Virus record (IMG/VR): IMGVR_UViG_3300031576_000035
Span: 3,504-67,503 of that record
DNA: 64,000 bases
Origin: a virus
Direction: 5' to 3' (one strand)
Numbering within the stretch: position 1 is the first letter of the stretch; every line of letters begins with the position of its first letter. The notes under the pieces are model-generated. The model had not been told where the DNA came from and searched no databases. It was given only the letters and a program-made list of their open reading frames with translations. This document shows positions 38,444 through 50,166 of this stretch, in pieces. A program made the translations under genes and the position numbers.

Positions 38444-41415
38444 AGGGATGAGCGGACGAACATCCCCATCCGCTCCTTGATTTTGGCAGCCAGCGCACCG
38501 TAAACGTGAGCGGCATTACCACTCAAGCTTTTGTATCCAAGTGCGGTAGCGATTGAGGCTGCTCCTGTCGGAGTGTCGATGTCCATCATCAGCTTGGAAA
38601 AGTAGTCGTCTACCCGTTTTTCGTGCTTTGCCAGATTCTTCGCCGATGAATCTCGGCGCAGATCCGCTATGAGGCTGTCACCCAGCCCCTTGATCGCCGC
38701 CGCATGTTCTGCCACATTGCCATTGCGAGGCGGCCGTGTGGGAATTACTGGCGGCGTCGCAGGCTTCTCCTCTTGCCGAGGCGTCTTCGCCTTTGTCGCC
38801 TTGGGTTGGGAAGGCAAAGGTTTGGACGGATCCCGCCATTGCAGATAGCCGTGCAGCCCTCGCGGCAATCCAGTCACCATTTCGGCACTGCGAGCCTCAA
38901 CATGCGGATCGTTGACGATTTGCAAAACCAAAGCATCGTCGTGCTTCATCCACTTGACAAGGAGCTGGTGCGCCTGGAGTATTGACACTTCTGGATGATC
39001 CTTCCGGATCTCGTCCACCAAATCAGGCACCTTGACTGGGATGCTCTTGCGCCGAAGTTGCTGATACGCCATGCGGGCCGTATCGAACACGGCCGCCTCG
39101 TCCCCAGTAAAAGGTTCAGGCGGCGGCAATGTGTCTTGCCAGGCTATAGCCCCGGTGTGGCTAACGAATTTCGGCGGTGTCATCGGCTGTGTCTCCTTGG
39201 GTTTGGGTTTGTCCTCCACCTTATGAGACGCTTGTCGCACTGCTTTCTTTCGCGCAATCTTCGGACACGGTACAACTTTTCCGTCCGCGAAGCACATACG
39301 CCGCTTCTTCCCGCTCTTTAGCGTGATCTCCTTCATCCCGCTGAAACCTGCCTCCATGAGGGCCTCAGCCAGCGTTTGCGTCTGCATGCCCGCCATGATC
39401 TCGTGAGCGATCTGATCCGGCGCCGGCACTTCGCCGACGTCCAGCGACCGCAGCATCCTTGCCACCTTCGACGCCAGCACGCGCACGCTCCACGTCTTGC
39501 CCTGGCTCTCGATGGCCTCAATCGACTCCATCGCCCTGGCGCGCACGGCACGTTTGACAAGATCCGCCGTAATGGCCTTGATCTTGGCCTTCGGCTTCGT
39601 GTGCGCCGCAGGATCCAGGTTCAACTGGCGCACCACGTCGTCGAGTACCTTCGGGTTCTTCTTGGCCGCATGCGCGATGTCCTTACCCAGTTGTTCGGCG
39701 CCAGCTGGCGACATCTGCGCCTCGCCCTTGACAAAGGCTGCCACACGCTCCGGCGCCGATGCGGCTCCAGCAGCCTGTGCTTCCTTCTTGGCCTTGCGCT
39801 TGGTGATGAGTTTCTTGGCCAGTTTCACGCCTTGGATAACGCCATGCGCCGCCAACGTCGTACCCGCCTTGGCGACGGTCGCGGCGTTGATCGGCCCGCC
39901 GACGCCAACATCCACGCCCGCCGTCTGCTGGCCGAACGTCTCGGCCGATCCTGTATGTCCCGTTGCCCAGTTTTGCACCAGCGCCGCAACGGCATTCGCC
40001 GCCCAGCCAGGTGCATTGAGAACGGCCGTAAGCACGCCACGCACCGTGGCCGATTTCGCCGTGGCTGCCTTGGCCTCGATCTTCGCCCTGGCCTTCTCGC
40101 CCAAACTGGCCACCGTAGCCTTGGCTTTACTAACCGCCGCTGCTGCGGCCTTGGCCTTCTGCGCAATCGACGCAGATGCCGTGGCGGCCTTGCCCTTTTC
40201 CTTTGGCGCCTGCTCCCCCTGTGCTGGCGCCGCCTGCTTGTCCTTCGGTGCCGGCTTCTTCTGCGGCTGCGGCTTCTGCTGGGGTTGCGCAGGTGTCTCT
40301 TCCTTGGGTGGCGGCGCTGCCGGTTGCCCCATGCCTGTGCCCTTTTGCGACGCGGCCAAGCGAGCATTCATAGACGCCTGTTGTGCCGACGCTGCTTGCA
40401 TGGCTCGCTGCGCTGCGGCCAATTGCTGCTGCTCGCCCTTCGACAAAGCGGTACGCTTACCCTTGACTAACTTGTAGCGATGACCACTCTTGTCCCTGAA
40501 GATGCCCGTCTTGCCTTTCTCGCCGGCCTCCTGAAGCGACTCGCCCGCGATCAGTTTTCCGAGGGATCCCGTTGCCGCGTCCACGGACGGTTTGCCGAAC
40601 TTCAGCATCATCTCACGTGCATCATCAGTGGAAAGCGTCTTCAGCTTCTTGACGAGCATGTACGCCTTGACCGCAGCAACCGCAGCGACCGCAGACAAAA
40701 CGCGGGTACTCACCGGCACGCCCGACGAGGTCAGCGGATCATGCGCCGCGATCGCCTTGCCCAGGATCGAGTTGTGGACATACTGCTCCATCTGGGCATG
40801 CGCCGCCTCCGGCAACTCCGTGCGCAACTTGTCGAACTGCTCCTTGGCAATCTTCCCCGTAGCCTTGGCCATGCCCTTCAGGCCAAGTTTCTTGGCTTTG
40901 GCGAACAGTTCGCGTCCCTTCTGGAACACGGTCTTCTTGGCCGGCGATGCACTCTGTCCGCGTGCCACCCGCTCAGCGTCGGCCTTTTTCTCGGCCTGGC
41001 TTTGCTTCTGTCGCGCAGCGATCGCTCGCGCCCGAGCCCTGGCTCGCGCCTTCTTACCCTTCTTGCGATTGCCGCCTGACGGCGCCGTTGGCTGCCCGCC
41101 GCCACCACAGGGGATGCGCTTGCCTGTCTGGTCGTCCCAGCATATCGTTCGCCCCGCAGAATCCTTCTCGGTCCCCTCGGTGAACTTCGAGTCGGCGGCA
41201 CAACCGCCGCTGGCCGCACACTGCGCCTTCGTCAATCCCTGACGCTTACAGTGAGCGCACTCACATGCCTCCTCCATGACAGCCCGCTGTTGCCGCTTAC
41301 GCAAGGCCAGTACCAGTTGCTCCTCGCTGGGCAAGGTGCGCGACACACCCGCCTCCTGGCAGAGAGCCCACATCGAGTATCGCAGCCGCTGTGCCGCTTG
41401 CTGGAGAACGTCCAT
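38440..41415 (-). CDS. 991-aa Lys/Ala-rich protein, probable internal head/ejected protein
   Basis: Between portal and Mu F; repeated D..G....GK module. Confidence 0.6.
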   Translation of the reverse strand: MDVLQQAAQRLRYSMWALCQEAGVSRTLPSEEQLVLALRKRQQRAVMEEACECAHCKRQGLTKAQCAASGGCAADSKFTEGTEKDSAGRTICWDDQTGKRIPCGGGGQPTAPSGGNRKKGKKARARARARAIAARQKQSQAEKKADAERVARGQSASPAKKTVFQKGRELFAKAKKLGLKGMAKATGKIAKEQFDKLRTELPEAAHAQMEQYVHNSILGKAIAAHDPLTSSGVPVSTRVLSAVAAVAAVKAYMLVKKLKTLSTDDAREMMLKFGKPSVDAATGSLGKLIAGESLQEAGEKGKTGIFRDKSGHRYKLVKGKRTALSKGEQQQLAAAQRAMQAASAQQASMNARLAASQKGTGMGQPAAPPPKEETPAQPQQKPQPQKKPAPKDKQAAPAQGEQAPKEKGKAATASASIAQKAKAAAAAVSKAKATVASLGEKARAKIEAKAATAKSATVRGVLTAVLNAPGWAANAVAALVQNWATGHTGSAETFGQQTAGVDVGVGGPINAATVAKAGTTLAAHGVIQGVKLAKKLITKRKAKKEAQAAGAASAPERVAAFVKGEAQMSPAGAEQLGKDIAHAAKKNPKVLDDVVRQLNLDPAAHTKPKAKIKAITADLVKRAVRARAMESIEAIESQGKTWSVRVLASKVARMLRSLDVGEVPAPDQIAHEIMAGMQTQTLAEALMEAGFSGMKEITLKSGKKRRMCFADGKVVPCPKIARKKAVRQASHKVEDKPKPKETQPMTPPKFVSHTGAIAWQDTLPPPEPFTGDEAAVFDTARMAYQQLRRKSIPVKVPDLVDEIRKDHPEVSILQAHQLLVKWMKHDDALVLQIVNDPHVEARSAEMVTGLPRGLHGYLQWRDPSKPLPSQPKATKAKTPRQEEKPATPPVIPTRPPRNGNVAEHAAAIKGLGDSLIADLRRDSSAKNLAKHEKRVDDYFSKLMMDIDTPTGAASIATALGYKSLSGNAAHVYGALAAKIKERMGMFVRSSL

Positions 41416-41421
41416 GCTTGA

Positions 41422-42213
41422 TCATCCTTGATGCGCCTGATAGGCGTCGTGCGCCTTTTTCCACAGTCCCTCGCTCTTGGCATCCTGGCGGCGCGTATGC
41501 GCCAGTACCGCTTTCAGAGCCGGCGTGATTTGCTTGCCCTGCTTCTTGTAACTGTCCGCCAACTTTTCCAGAGATTGTTTCTTTGCAGCCCAGTTGCGCA
41601 TGTTGTCCATCGACGCTGTCAGGTTCTTCTTCAGAGTTTCCCCGTGCGCTTTTTTGGTATTAGCGTGATCCGCCTTGGCCTTGTTGTTCGCCTGAAAATG
41701 CTTCAGAACGTTGGCGTGCGCCTTTTCTACCCCTTTTATCGCTTGCTTCTGCGCTCGTACCAGATGGCCAGGAATTGGCGCGCCTTCGCCCTGCTTGGAT
41801 GGCACGGCATGAATCTGCTGCTGAATCGCAGTCAACTTTTGCTTGGCCGCCTGGTGTGCTTGCTGAGCTGTCGCCATCTTTTGTCCAGTCTGCTGTACCC
41901 TGACAGCAGACTGCCTGATTTTGGGTGGCAGAGTCGCACCTGGACTCGCGGGAGTTGCAGCCGCCTTCGCCTGAGTCGGCGCAGCTGCCTTCGGCGTCTT
42001 GGCTTTCGTCTGAGTTTTTGCCCCACCAACCCCCCCGGTTGGCTTCGCAGTGTCTCCACCACCGCAGGAGATGCGCTTGCCCGTGGTGTCATCAGTACAC
42101 CACTTATGACCGCGCTTGTCCGTGCCGGTCTTCTCCAGCAGTTCCAGTTCCCTCTCGGGGAAGACGCCATCCGCTTTCTTCCCAAGGCGCCGCAGTGATT
42201 CAAGCAGTCTCAT
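41422..42213 (-). CDS. Lys/Ala/Gln-rich protein sharing a module with 38440-41415
   Basis: TDKRGHKWCTDDTTGKRISCGGG versus KDSAGRTICWDDQTGKRIPCGGG. Confidence 0.6.
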   Translation of the reverse strand: MRLLESLRRLGKKADGVFPERELELLEKTGTDKRGHKWCTDDTTGKRISCGGGDTAKPTGGVGGAKTQTKAKTPKAAAPTQAKAAATPASPGATLPPKIRQSAVRVQQTGQKMATAQQAHQAAKQKLTAIQQQIHAVPSKQGEGAPIPGHLVRAQKQAIKGVEKAHANVLKHFQANNKAKADHANTKKAHGETLKKNLTASMDNMRNWAAKKQSLEKLADSYKKQGKQITPALKAVLAHTRRQDAKSEGLWKKAHDAYQAHQG

Positions 42214-42434
42214 GTTGTCACCCCACACTTCGGCCGATGTAGTCGCCATTCCTCGCAACCACAGTGGCGTCATCCACCAGGTACGCCATGCGAACTATCA
42301 CGAAGCCGCAATTGCGGCACGGATGCACCAGTTTCGCGAAGAGCGGCCGGAAACACACCACCCCGCACGGGCAAAGGTAGGTGCGGCACTTGCCATGATC
42401 GACGTTCCGTTTGCGGGGATGCGGCTTCATGAGA

Positions 42435-44276
42435 TCAGACCCTGACAAATCCAGATTCCAACAGCCACTCCTCCATGACCGCCACGGCAGCCGTGCCGAC
42501 ATCAGGGGGGAGATCCGCTTGCAACCCCTCGAGCATTTCCTGCACACTCTCTGGTGCTGGCAAACCCATGTCCGGCGGCGCACCCGCCGCGTCTTCGGCT
42601 CCCTGATCAGGAGGTGGCGGTTCGCCGAAGTCCTGGCCACCACCGCCACCCATGCCAGGGAATCCCAGATCGCCTAAACCCTGGCCAGCGCCGCCGCCCG
42701 TGCGGTCCTTGTGCTCCTCGATGTTTTGCTGCTCGCGGTCGTAGTCCAACGTCTCTTGCTGCGTCCACGTCTGCGGGCTCAGGATACCCGCCATCGACAG
42801 TACCTGATTCTTCTGTGCCTCCTGCAACTTGTCCCTGACGACGAGCGACGGTCCTTCGGCCTGGATCTCCACCTCGCGGAGCACCTCACGCGGCAAGCGA
42901 CCAGCGACCACGGCATTGCGCAGCACCCGCCACATGACCCCCACCAGACGCCCGCCGCGCGACGAGCGGTACACGCCGCCGCCAAACAACTGCCCCAGGT
43001 ACGCCTGAATCCGCTCCATCAGCTTGACGAACGGCGATTCAGCTACGAGCGTCGATGCATAATTGGCTCCACCCGAGTCCGCCGTAAGCATGTATTCAGG
43101 CATGCCAAGCCGCGAGGCAATCGCCCGCAGTTCCGCCTTCAAGATCTCGACGAACGCGCCAGCGTTCACGGCGCCAGCCGGGAACTCGTAATCAGTCCCT
43201 TCCGGTATGTCCACGATCGAGCCAGGCTGCAATTGCGTGAAGCGCTGTTGGCGGCCTGTCGCCGGCGCCGAGTAAGAGAAATCCATCTGCGCGTCGGCGA
43301 ACTGCTGAACGGCCTGGACGCTGTACTGCTTGTGCTTGCGGATCAGCGCGAACGTCGATTGCACGTTCGCCATCAGCGTCATGTTGCGCAGAAGCTTCTC
43401 GGCCCGATCCAGATTCTTGCGCACCGGGAACATCGTCGGCAGGCCGCGTTTGGCCGTGGCATCGACGTTGAATTTGATATGCACCATATCCGCGACCGAG
43501 ACTCGGTCGCGCGCCATCATCGTCTCGGGGTCATCAACCACCCAGTAGGCCAGCACATTCTGGACGTCGTTCTTCGGCGTCTCCACGCCGAACAGGTAGT
43601 CGCGATCCGTGTGTGGCTGGCCTGGCGGCACGCGGACATGCTCCGGCTGTACCCAACGAACCAACGTCTCGCCACTGGGTTGTGGGAACAGGCGGATGAA
43701 CGCCTCGCCGTCCCGGTCGGCCCGGCGCACACTTTCCTGCTCCACCGCTGACCAGTTCGACGAGTCGAGGAACTCGTCGAGCACGTCCTGCACCGCCTGG
43801 CAGAGCGGGTTCTTGGTCGAGCCCTTCTCGTTGCCAGGCGTGCTCGGGTCATCGCGGCGCAAGACGGCGCGGTAGGTGAACCCCTTGCCTGTCAGGTAGG
43901 AGACGCGGTTCTCGATGGCGTTGATGGCGAACTCGTTGTTCACGCAGATCCGCCGCGACTGGTCGCGGATCCACTTCAGGCCATACTCATTGAGATAGAC
44001 CGGGAGAACTTCGCCGCGTTTACGGTCGTCGATGTTCCAGGGGACGTTTTGATCCGCGCCAAGCGGCAGCCAGAACTCGTTAGCGTCGAAGAACTGGTCG
44101 CGAGGATCAACCATCTGATCCAGGAACACCGTCTGCGATTCGAGGACGCGCTTCTGGAGGGTCAGGCGCTGGCGTTCGACACCCTCACGCAACTGCTCGA
44201 GCGATTCCGTGACGGGAACCGTCTTCGCCGTGCCATTGCCGTTCGCCGCGCCATCCATGACGGGTTGTCCTTTCAC
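42435..44276 (-). CDS. portal protein (lambda-like)
   Basis: RDGEAFIR, KRGLP, LRAIASRLGMPEYMLTAD...NYAS. Confidence 0.9.
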   Translation of the reverse strand: MKGQPVMDGAANGNGTAKTVPVTESLEQLREGVERQRLTLQKRVLESQTVFLDQMVDPRDQFFDANEFWLPLGADQNVPWNIDDRKRGEVLPVYLNEYGLKWIRDQSRRICVNNEFAINAIENRVSYLTGKGFTYRAVLRRDDPSTPGNEKGSTKNPLCQAVQDVLDEFLDSSNWSAVEQESVRRADRDGEAFIRLFPQPSGETLVRWVQPEHVRVPPGQPHTDRDYLFGVETPKNDVQNVLAYWVVDDPETMMARDRVSVADMVHIKFNVDATAKRGLPTMFPVRKNLDRAEKLLRNMTLMANVQSTFALIRKHKQYSVQAVQQFADAQMDFSYSAPATGRQQRFTQLQPGSIVDIPEGTDYEFPAGAVNAGAFVEILKAELRAIASRLGMPEYMLTADSGGANYASTLVAESPFVKLMERIQAYLGQLFGGGVYRSSRGGRLVGVMWRVLRNAVVAGRLPREVLREVEIQAEGPSLVVRDKLQEAQKNQVLSMAGILSPQTWTQQETLDYDREQQNIEEHKDRTGGGAGQGLGDLGFPGMGGGGGQDFGEPPPPDQGAEDAAGAPPDMGLPAPESVQEMLEGLQADLPPDVGTAAVAVMEEWLLESGFVRV

Positions 44277-44425
44277 CCCTCAACGTCATTGACCGACACC
44301 CAACAGCGACCTGGAACTGCCGGACGCCGATGGTTCAACATCGCTGGAGTTGCCCACGTCGCAGAAGCCCAACTGAATCGGTGCCAACCCCGGAACCGTC
44401 CACGCAAAGAACATGGTTGCCTCCC

Positions 44426-47400
44426 CTACGGTTGCGGCACCAGACCAACGAACGTGTCACGCGCACCACTGCCCGCAAACCGCAACATTACCGTGGTCGC
44501 GTTCAGGTCGCCAGCTGCCAAGCTGATCAGGTAAATGCCGTTGCTTAACTCCGTCGCTGAGTTGGCGCACGCTGCAAACGCGGCCCCATCCAGCGAGCGC
44601 GTCGCCGTGATCGTCAAGCCGGTCTTGGGTGTGCCGGTGGAGTCCACCATGAGGAACGGAAACGCTGCCAATGCGGTGTTCTTCTTGACCTTGAGGTTGT
44701 CCGTAATAGCCTTGATGGCGACAAGGAACGTATCCCACGGACTGACGACCGTGCTCATGTCGATGAACACATCACACCACTCGGCCCCGGCCACATCCGA
44801 GAACAGGACACTGATCTTGTCGCCATTCATCTCGGCAGCCGACAGGTCGACCTTGATCCGCTTGGTAAAGTCCGCATCCACTACCGGCAAGGTGGCGATA
44901 TTCGCCGGCGCAGCGTCGTCAATGGCCACCTTCACATCACCGGCAGCCAGCGTCGGGCTTGCCTGGAACACCGTGGTATCGCCACGAGACACCAACCCCC
45001 AGTAAAAGGTGTAGGCCGTGTTCTTCTGTGGCGGAACATTGCTTGCCATCAAAATTCCCCATCAAAGAGATACGCTGTCGCGCCAACAGCATCCAGGTGG
45101 CGCTTGCCGCCGCCTCCGGGCGGCTTCGGCGGCTTGACTACCTTGGGCGAAACCAGGCGCAACACTCTGACTGGCAACTGCGTAATCCGCGTGGCCGCGT
45201 CGCTCGGATCAACCAGCGTACGCACCGGCAACTGCGTAATCCGCGTGGCCGCGTCGCTCGGATCAACCAGCGTGCGCACCGGCAACTGCGTAATCCGCGT
45301 GGCAATCGGCGGGGTCAGGCTGACGCGCCGGCGTGTCGTTGAGATCACCGGAGCATGTGCCGAGGCCGTGGGTGCGTTGATTAGCGTGAGATTGCGACCG
45401 CCCTTGAGGTCGATTTCCGGGCTGAAGGTACCCCTGACGGGCCAGTAACCCGTCAGGGAAGCAGGCCGGATCACCAAGGGTATAACACCCTTTCCCAAGG
45501 CAGCAATTTCCGCAGCATCGAGAGCCACGTTCCAGGTCGCCATCTCGGCAATATCACCATTAACGTAATCTGAATATCCTTTTCCTATATTAAGAGTGCC
45601 GCCAACGTCAAAGGTATTTCCTGAAGCAACCGTGCCCGCCTCGACGCCATCCTTGTAGACGTAGATAGTGCCGCCCGAATGCCTCCAGGCGATATGCACC
45701 CAAGCATCATTGGTGTAGGTAAAACCTACCTGATCCACCGTGAGATCGTAATTGAAAGCCCAGATCTTGTCACCGGCCGACGCCGGATTGCCGCGATATA
45801 AACCCAGATAGCCACCCGAGTCGGCCATGATCCCAGGCAGATCATAAACCAGGAGATCCGTACCAGCCGTACCGGTGGGCTTGTGCCAGCAGCAGAAAGT
45901 GGCTGCGGAGTTAGTCAAGAAGGTACTGACAGCCACTCCGGAAGACAGATACTGATTAGTACCATTAAAGAGTCTGGCCATCGATCAAGTCTCCTTGATC
46001 TCGATAGCCATCACTTCGGCATCGCCCGCCATTGTGTCCCCGGCCGCGTCCGCGTCACGGTAAAGCTTGAGCCGGAACGCCTCGCCCACAGCAATGCTAT
46101 CCATCTGCGCACCGGCCGTGAACGCCACACTGGCGATATCAATATTGCCGCTGGTGCCAGACGCCGTGGCCGTCACCGTGTTGGCCGTGGCAAAGCCATC
46201 GGCGTCCAGATCCTGTTGTCCCTCGCCAATCCGTTCGATGGCCACACCCCAGATCACATCGCCACTGGTCGCCGACGTGGCCGCCCAGTGGATGTACACC
46301 GTCAGGCCACCGCCGGCGTACAGGCGTGGCAGCACGCACTCGAACAGCGCCGACTCATCGGCAGCAGCATCAAAGTCCAGCACGGGATGAGCATTGCGGA
46401 CATCCATCGTGGCGTAACTGCTGGCCGGCGGCGTCGAATCCATTGCCGACAGGGTAAGTAGCGTATTCCCACTCGCCATGATCAGGCCCCCGTAATCCAG
46501 CGTTTCTGAATGACCATTTGCAGCAATCGGGCTTTCTGTGCCGACGTCAGGTTGTTCCTGGCGGCAATGGGCAACGCCAGGTTGTACGAAACCGCGTTGG
46601 TGTTGGCCCAGTCATCGGCCGCGTCGATGGCAGCCCGGACATCGGCCTTCGCCAGTCCGGACAGCGCCTCGCGGGCCGCAGCCAGATCCTGCATGAGGGC
46701 CGTCCACACCGCAATCCGATCAGCGTTACTCAGAACCGCCATGATCCATCCCCTCTTAAGCCACAACCTTCAGACCGAATTCACATGAGTTTACGGCCGC
46801 AATGGTCCAGGCCGCGCTGGTGTTTGGATCGACCGCCGCGATGTCCTTGTAAGGCGCATAGGTCGTCGAGCCGATGTTGTTGGACGCGCCGAAGTAGTTG
46901 ACAGCGCCTGAACGATAGACGCTCTGCACCGTCACGGTACCAGCCGCGTCGTTGCGCAGCACCGGCACCGTCACCACCGCCTTGACCGCACCTGCTCCCG
47001 TCGTCAGGGCTGGGTAGGTGTACAGGTCGATGTGGCCTGTTGTCACCGAGGAGTTGTAAGTTGTGTCGTCGTCGGGCGTGGCTTCATCCACGTTCTGGTA
47101 GTTGCTCCCAGCGCTCGGCGTGAAGTTAGTAGTGGTGCCGGCCCCCGTGGCAAACTTCGTTTCCACCAGGCAGTCACCATGAAAGGTTGTGCTGCTTTCC
47201 GCGAAGAAATCGCTGTAGCTGACAACGATGGCACTGGTAGCATAGCCGCCCAAGCCAACCTGATTCGCTGAGTTGTTGGCGCTGACACGCGTATTCTGGC
47301 TCGAGGCCGTCAGCCAGTCCGTGCTGTTCACCCTGAGCGTGTAAGCACCCGTGGTATTGTGAATCGTACCCTGGAACTGAATGTGATACCAGACACCGGC

Positions 47401-48123
47401 CGAGATCGACTGCGTGCTAGTGGCCAGCACCGTGGCTACTGGGCTGCCGCGCAGTACGGACAATGTGCCGTCTGAATTGACTCGTAAAGATAGCTGGATA
47501 GTTCCAGCATCGGAGAACATGCAAATACCAGTATTGACACCGGGCAGCGATCCAACCTTGTAGGCAAAGCCCAGAGTCCAGGTTGCCTGTGTCGTCAGGG
47601 TCCAGGAAGCGCCGTAGTTAGCATTGGACGTGGTCAGGGCGCCACGACCATTGCGGCCCCCACTGGCGTTGATCGTCAGATTGCCGTCAAACGTCGTCAC
47701 GCCGCCATTGACCCACTGCGCCGTGATGTATCTCGACATCTGCGCCGTGGAATAGTCGCCGAAGCCGTCAATGTACTCGAGTGTCATGATCCAGTCTCAA
47801 TACAAATCGTAGGATAAATGTCCGGCGACGAGCACGGCACCGGACAGGTTGATCGACAACGCCTCCCCATAGAGCGTCCTGAACAGGCACTCGCGCACGC
47901 TCTCGGCCTGCGGCGCGTAGGCCGACGACACGCCGCCGTTCGCGGCCAGGGGCATGGCGCCTGTCAAATCCGTATCCGTGGCGGCGTCGCTGACGAACTT
48001 CACGCTCACGGCACCTGCCGCGACGATGACGTAGTTGAGCACGCGGATCTGCCGTCCCGTCTGTGCCGCGACGAGTTCGGTATTGCCCGAGGCCGAGACG
48101 GAAATCTTGATCGTCGTGCTCAA
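44426..48123 (-). CDS. block of six putative virion genes (44426-45052, 45049-45981 LamG-like, 45985-46479, 46482-46742, 46756-47787, 47797-48123)
   Basis: Thr/Ala/Gly-rich beta proteins; 45049-45981 has WVHIAW...YKDG...GDIAE..WN.AL LamG signature. Confidence 0.65.
45173..45303. repeat. 54-bp tandem repeat (about 2.4 copies) in the LamG protein tail
   Basis: Encodes ATRITQLPVRTLVDPSDA. Confidence 0.85.
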
Positions 48124-48830
48124 GGCATTACCCTCCCTGTGACTCTCTCTGGCTGGCGTCCTGCCAGAAGTCCAGTCGCCACGCGGATCGCGCCTTCAAG
48201 TGCATCAGCGCCGTCATCATGATCCCCAATGGGGAAATCCCGTAATTGTTGTACCAGAAGTGCGGTTCCAGGGGAACGTGACCTGAATCGAATCTTCCTC
48301 TGCGACAGCCACGAGCCGAGCCGACGGATCCTGACCTGCTTGTTGACGGTGTTCTCGACCTGCTCGATTGGCAGGTGCAATCCCTGTGCTTTGGCAGCCG
48401 CCAGGAACAGCGGCGCCAGCAGTTCCTGGAACTGATTTGTCTCGATGCCAAACCGCTCGGGTTGCCACAATCGGACATGCTCGACGCCGTCCGCGACGAT
48501 CTGCTCCGTGTTGCGCCGCTTCAGATCGCCCTCGACGTAGAGGATGCCGCTCGTGTCGGCACCCAGACGGACGAAGGCTGAGTAGTCGCCACGGCGAGCG
48601 TCCTTGCCCTTGCTTGGATCGAGGAAGAGCACCTTGAGCCAGATCGTCGAAGGCCATGCCTCGAACCAAAAGCCCGGCACGTCGAACCACTCGCCAGGCC
48701 ATTCGCACAGCGTTGGATCGAGAGGGTCGCCCTGCTTCTCCGAGGCGAACGCAGCCACGCCAATCGTGGCTCGCAGACACATGAGAGCGTAGAGATCCTC
48801 ATTCTCGGTCCAAAGCGTCTTGGCGGTCAC
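48120..48830 (-). CDS. terL: terminase large subunit, C-terminal nuclease part
   Basis: LFLDPS..GDYSA, GIETNQFQ, NKQVRI, FP.GDHDDGADA; GAGGAGG RBS and GTGA coupling. Confidence 0.85.
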   Translation of the reverse strand: MTAKTLWTENEDLYALMCLRATIGVAAFASEKQGDPLDPTLCEWPGEWFDVPGFWFEAWPSTIWLKVLFLDPSKGKDARRGDYSAFVRLGADTSGILYVEGDLKRRNTEQIVADGVEHVRLWQPERFGIETNQFQELLAPLFLAAAKAQGLHLPIEQVENTVNKQVRIRRLGSWLSQRKIRFRSRSPGTALLVQQLRDFPIGDHDDGADALEGAIRVATGLLAGRQPERVTGRVMP

Positions 48831-49156
48831 CGCAGCGCCTCCTCGGCGACACGAATGATAGCCTGATCTTCCGTCATTTCCCAGATTCTGTATACAGCTT
48901 GTCTCAGCCGAGCAATCTCGTCGAGCAGCGCTGGCATGCGCTCGCGCGCCGCCGTCATGAACTCGACGTTGGCGTTCACGGACGCCTTGTCCAGAGACTC
49001 ACCGAAGGCGCTTACCCAGCCCGTGCTGTTGAGATACTCGGGATCCCTGACCCGGACATCGACATGGCCATAGTAGTCGGACGTTCGTGCCCGCCACGGC
49101 CCTGGTGTGGCCGCGTCACACAGACGCCGCAATTGCTGAAGTTCCTCGACGGTCAT
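48827..49156 (-). CDS. Ead/Ea22-like small protein
   Basis: LCDAATPGPW...NVEFMTAARERMPALLDEIARLR. Confidence 0.6.
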   Translation of the reverse strand: MTVEELQQLRRLCDAATPGPWRARTSDYYGHVDVRVRDPEYLNSTGWVSAFGESLDKASVNANVEFMTAARERMPALLDEIARLRQAVYRIWEMTEDQAIIRVAEEALR

Positions 49157-49458
49157 TGAACACCCGCCTCCTCATGACTGGCGTGAATAATGGCTGGTCG
49201 TGCCCAACGCCTTTGAAAGGCTCGCCATTCAGGACCAGGAGCATCGCGCCCGTGTCCATTGGTGGCGTGGGCTGGCGTTCTGATACGCCGCCACTGCTCG
49301 GCCAGTTGCTCGGCCCGATCCCGATCCCAGGTAAACGACACAGAGATGTGAACCGCGTCCACGTCCCGGGGCGTAAACAGATCAGGAGGCCCCACATACG
49401 CCAGGTCATCATCTGGCGTTGCCTTGGTTTTGCGCGGGAAGACACGAATCAATCGCAT
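49153..49458 (-). pseudogene. probable truncated phage radical-SAM-like gene
   Basis: RVFPRKT.ATPDD...VHISVSFTWD N-terminus as I recall it from phage radical SAM proteins, but no CxxxCxxC. Confidence 0.4.
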
Positions 49459-50144
49459 GACGACTCCTCCAGATATCTAATTATCTGTTTACCTACCCAA
49501 AAAGTGTACAATGGGGGAATGGCCTGGCTTAACTCGGCCCTCGTCATCCAGTCGATGCCCATAGCCTTGCGAGCGAGGTTCACATCGGCACGCCGGCGCC
49601 TATCAGCAACGGCAGGGGCTCCGCCACCGTGAACCGACACCCACCCCTTGCCGCCAATTTTCTCGCCAACGGAGTTCCCGAAGACGGAGATGTAATCTCC
49701 GTGATGGCCTAACGGACAAGTTGTGCCAAATAGGAAAACGCTGGACTCGAAGAGACGATGCCTTTTCACGCCAAGTCCAAGAGACAACCCACAGACCAGG
49801 ACAGGATTGAGGAGCGGCGCACCAGGCACGTTCTCGATCACATAGGGGCGACCAGATGCTTCCAGCAACTCACGAACCACTGGGATCAGGTCAGGATGTG
49901 ATTCCCCATTCCCGGTAATTCTGGTCGCTTGACTGTACCTCTGGCACGGCGGACTCGCAGCGATCACCTCGAATTCCGCTCCGTGCTCCGCCACGAACTC
50001 CAGCGCGTCGTCCAGCACGAACTCGTCTCCGGCGTACCGTTTTTGCGGTTCATGATCCACGCCGGTGACGTGGAACCCCGCCATCTGGTAACCGCGCGAA
50101 GTTCCGCCGGCTTTGCAAAAAAGATCGAGCAGTCGAGGTTTCAC
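49449..50144 (-). CDS. DNA cytosine-C5 methyltransferase-like protein
   Basis: LLDLFCKAGG, ASPPCQ, VIENVPGA, RHRLFE, QAIPP.YT. Confidence 0.85.
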   Translation of the reverse strand: MKPRLLDLFCKAGGTSRGYQMAGFHVTGVDHEPQKRYAGDEFVLDDALEFVAEHGAEFEVIAASPPCQRYSQATRITGNGESHPDLIPVVRELLEASGRPYVIENVPGAPLLNPVLVCGLSLGLGVKRHRLFESSVFLFGTTCPLGHHGDYISVFGNSVGEKIGGKGWVSVHGGGAPAVADRRRRADVNLARKAMGIDWMTRAELSQAIPPLYTFWVGKQIIRYLEESSCD

Positions 50145-50166
50145 CGATGCACCCCATCCCCCAGGA

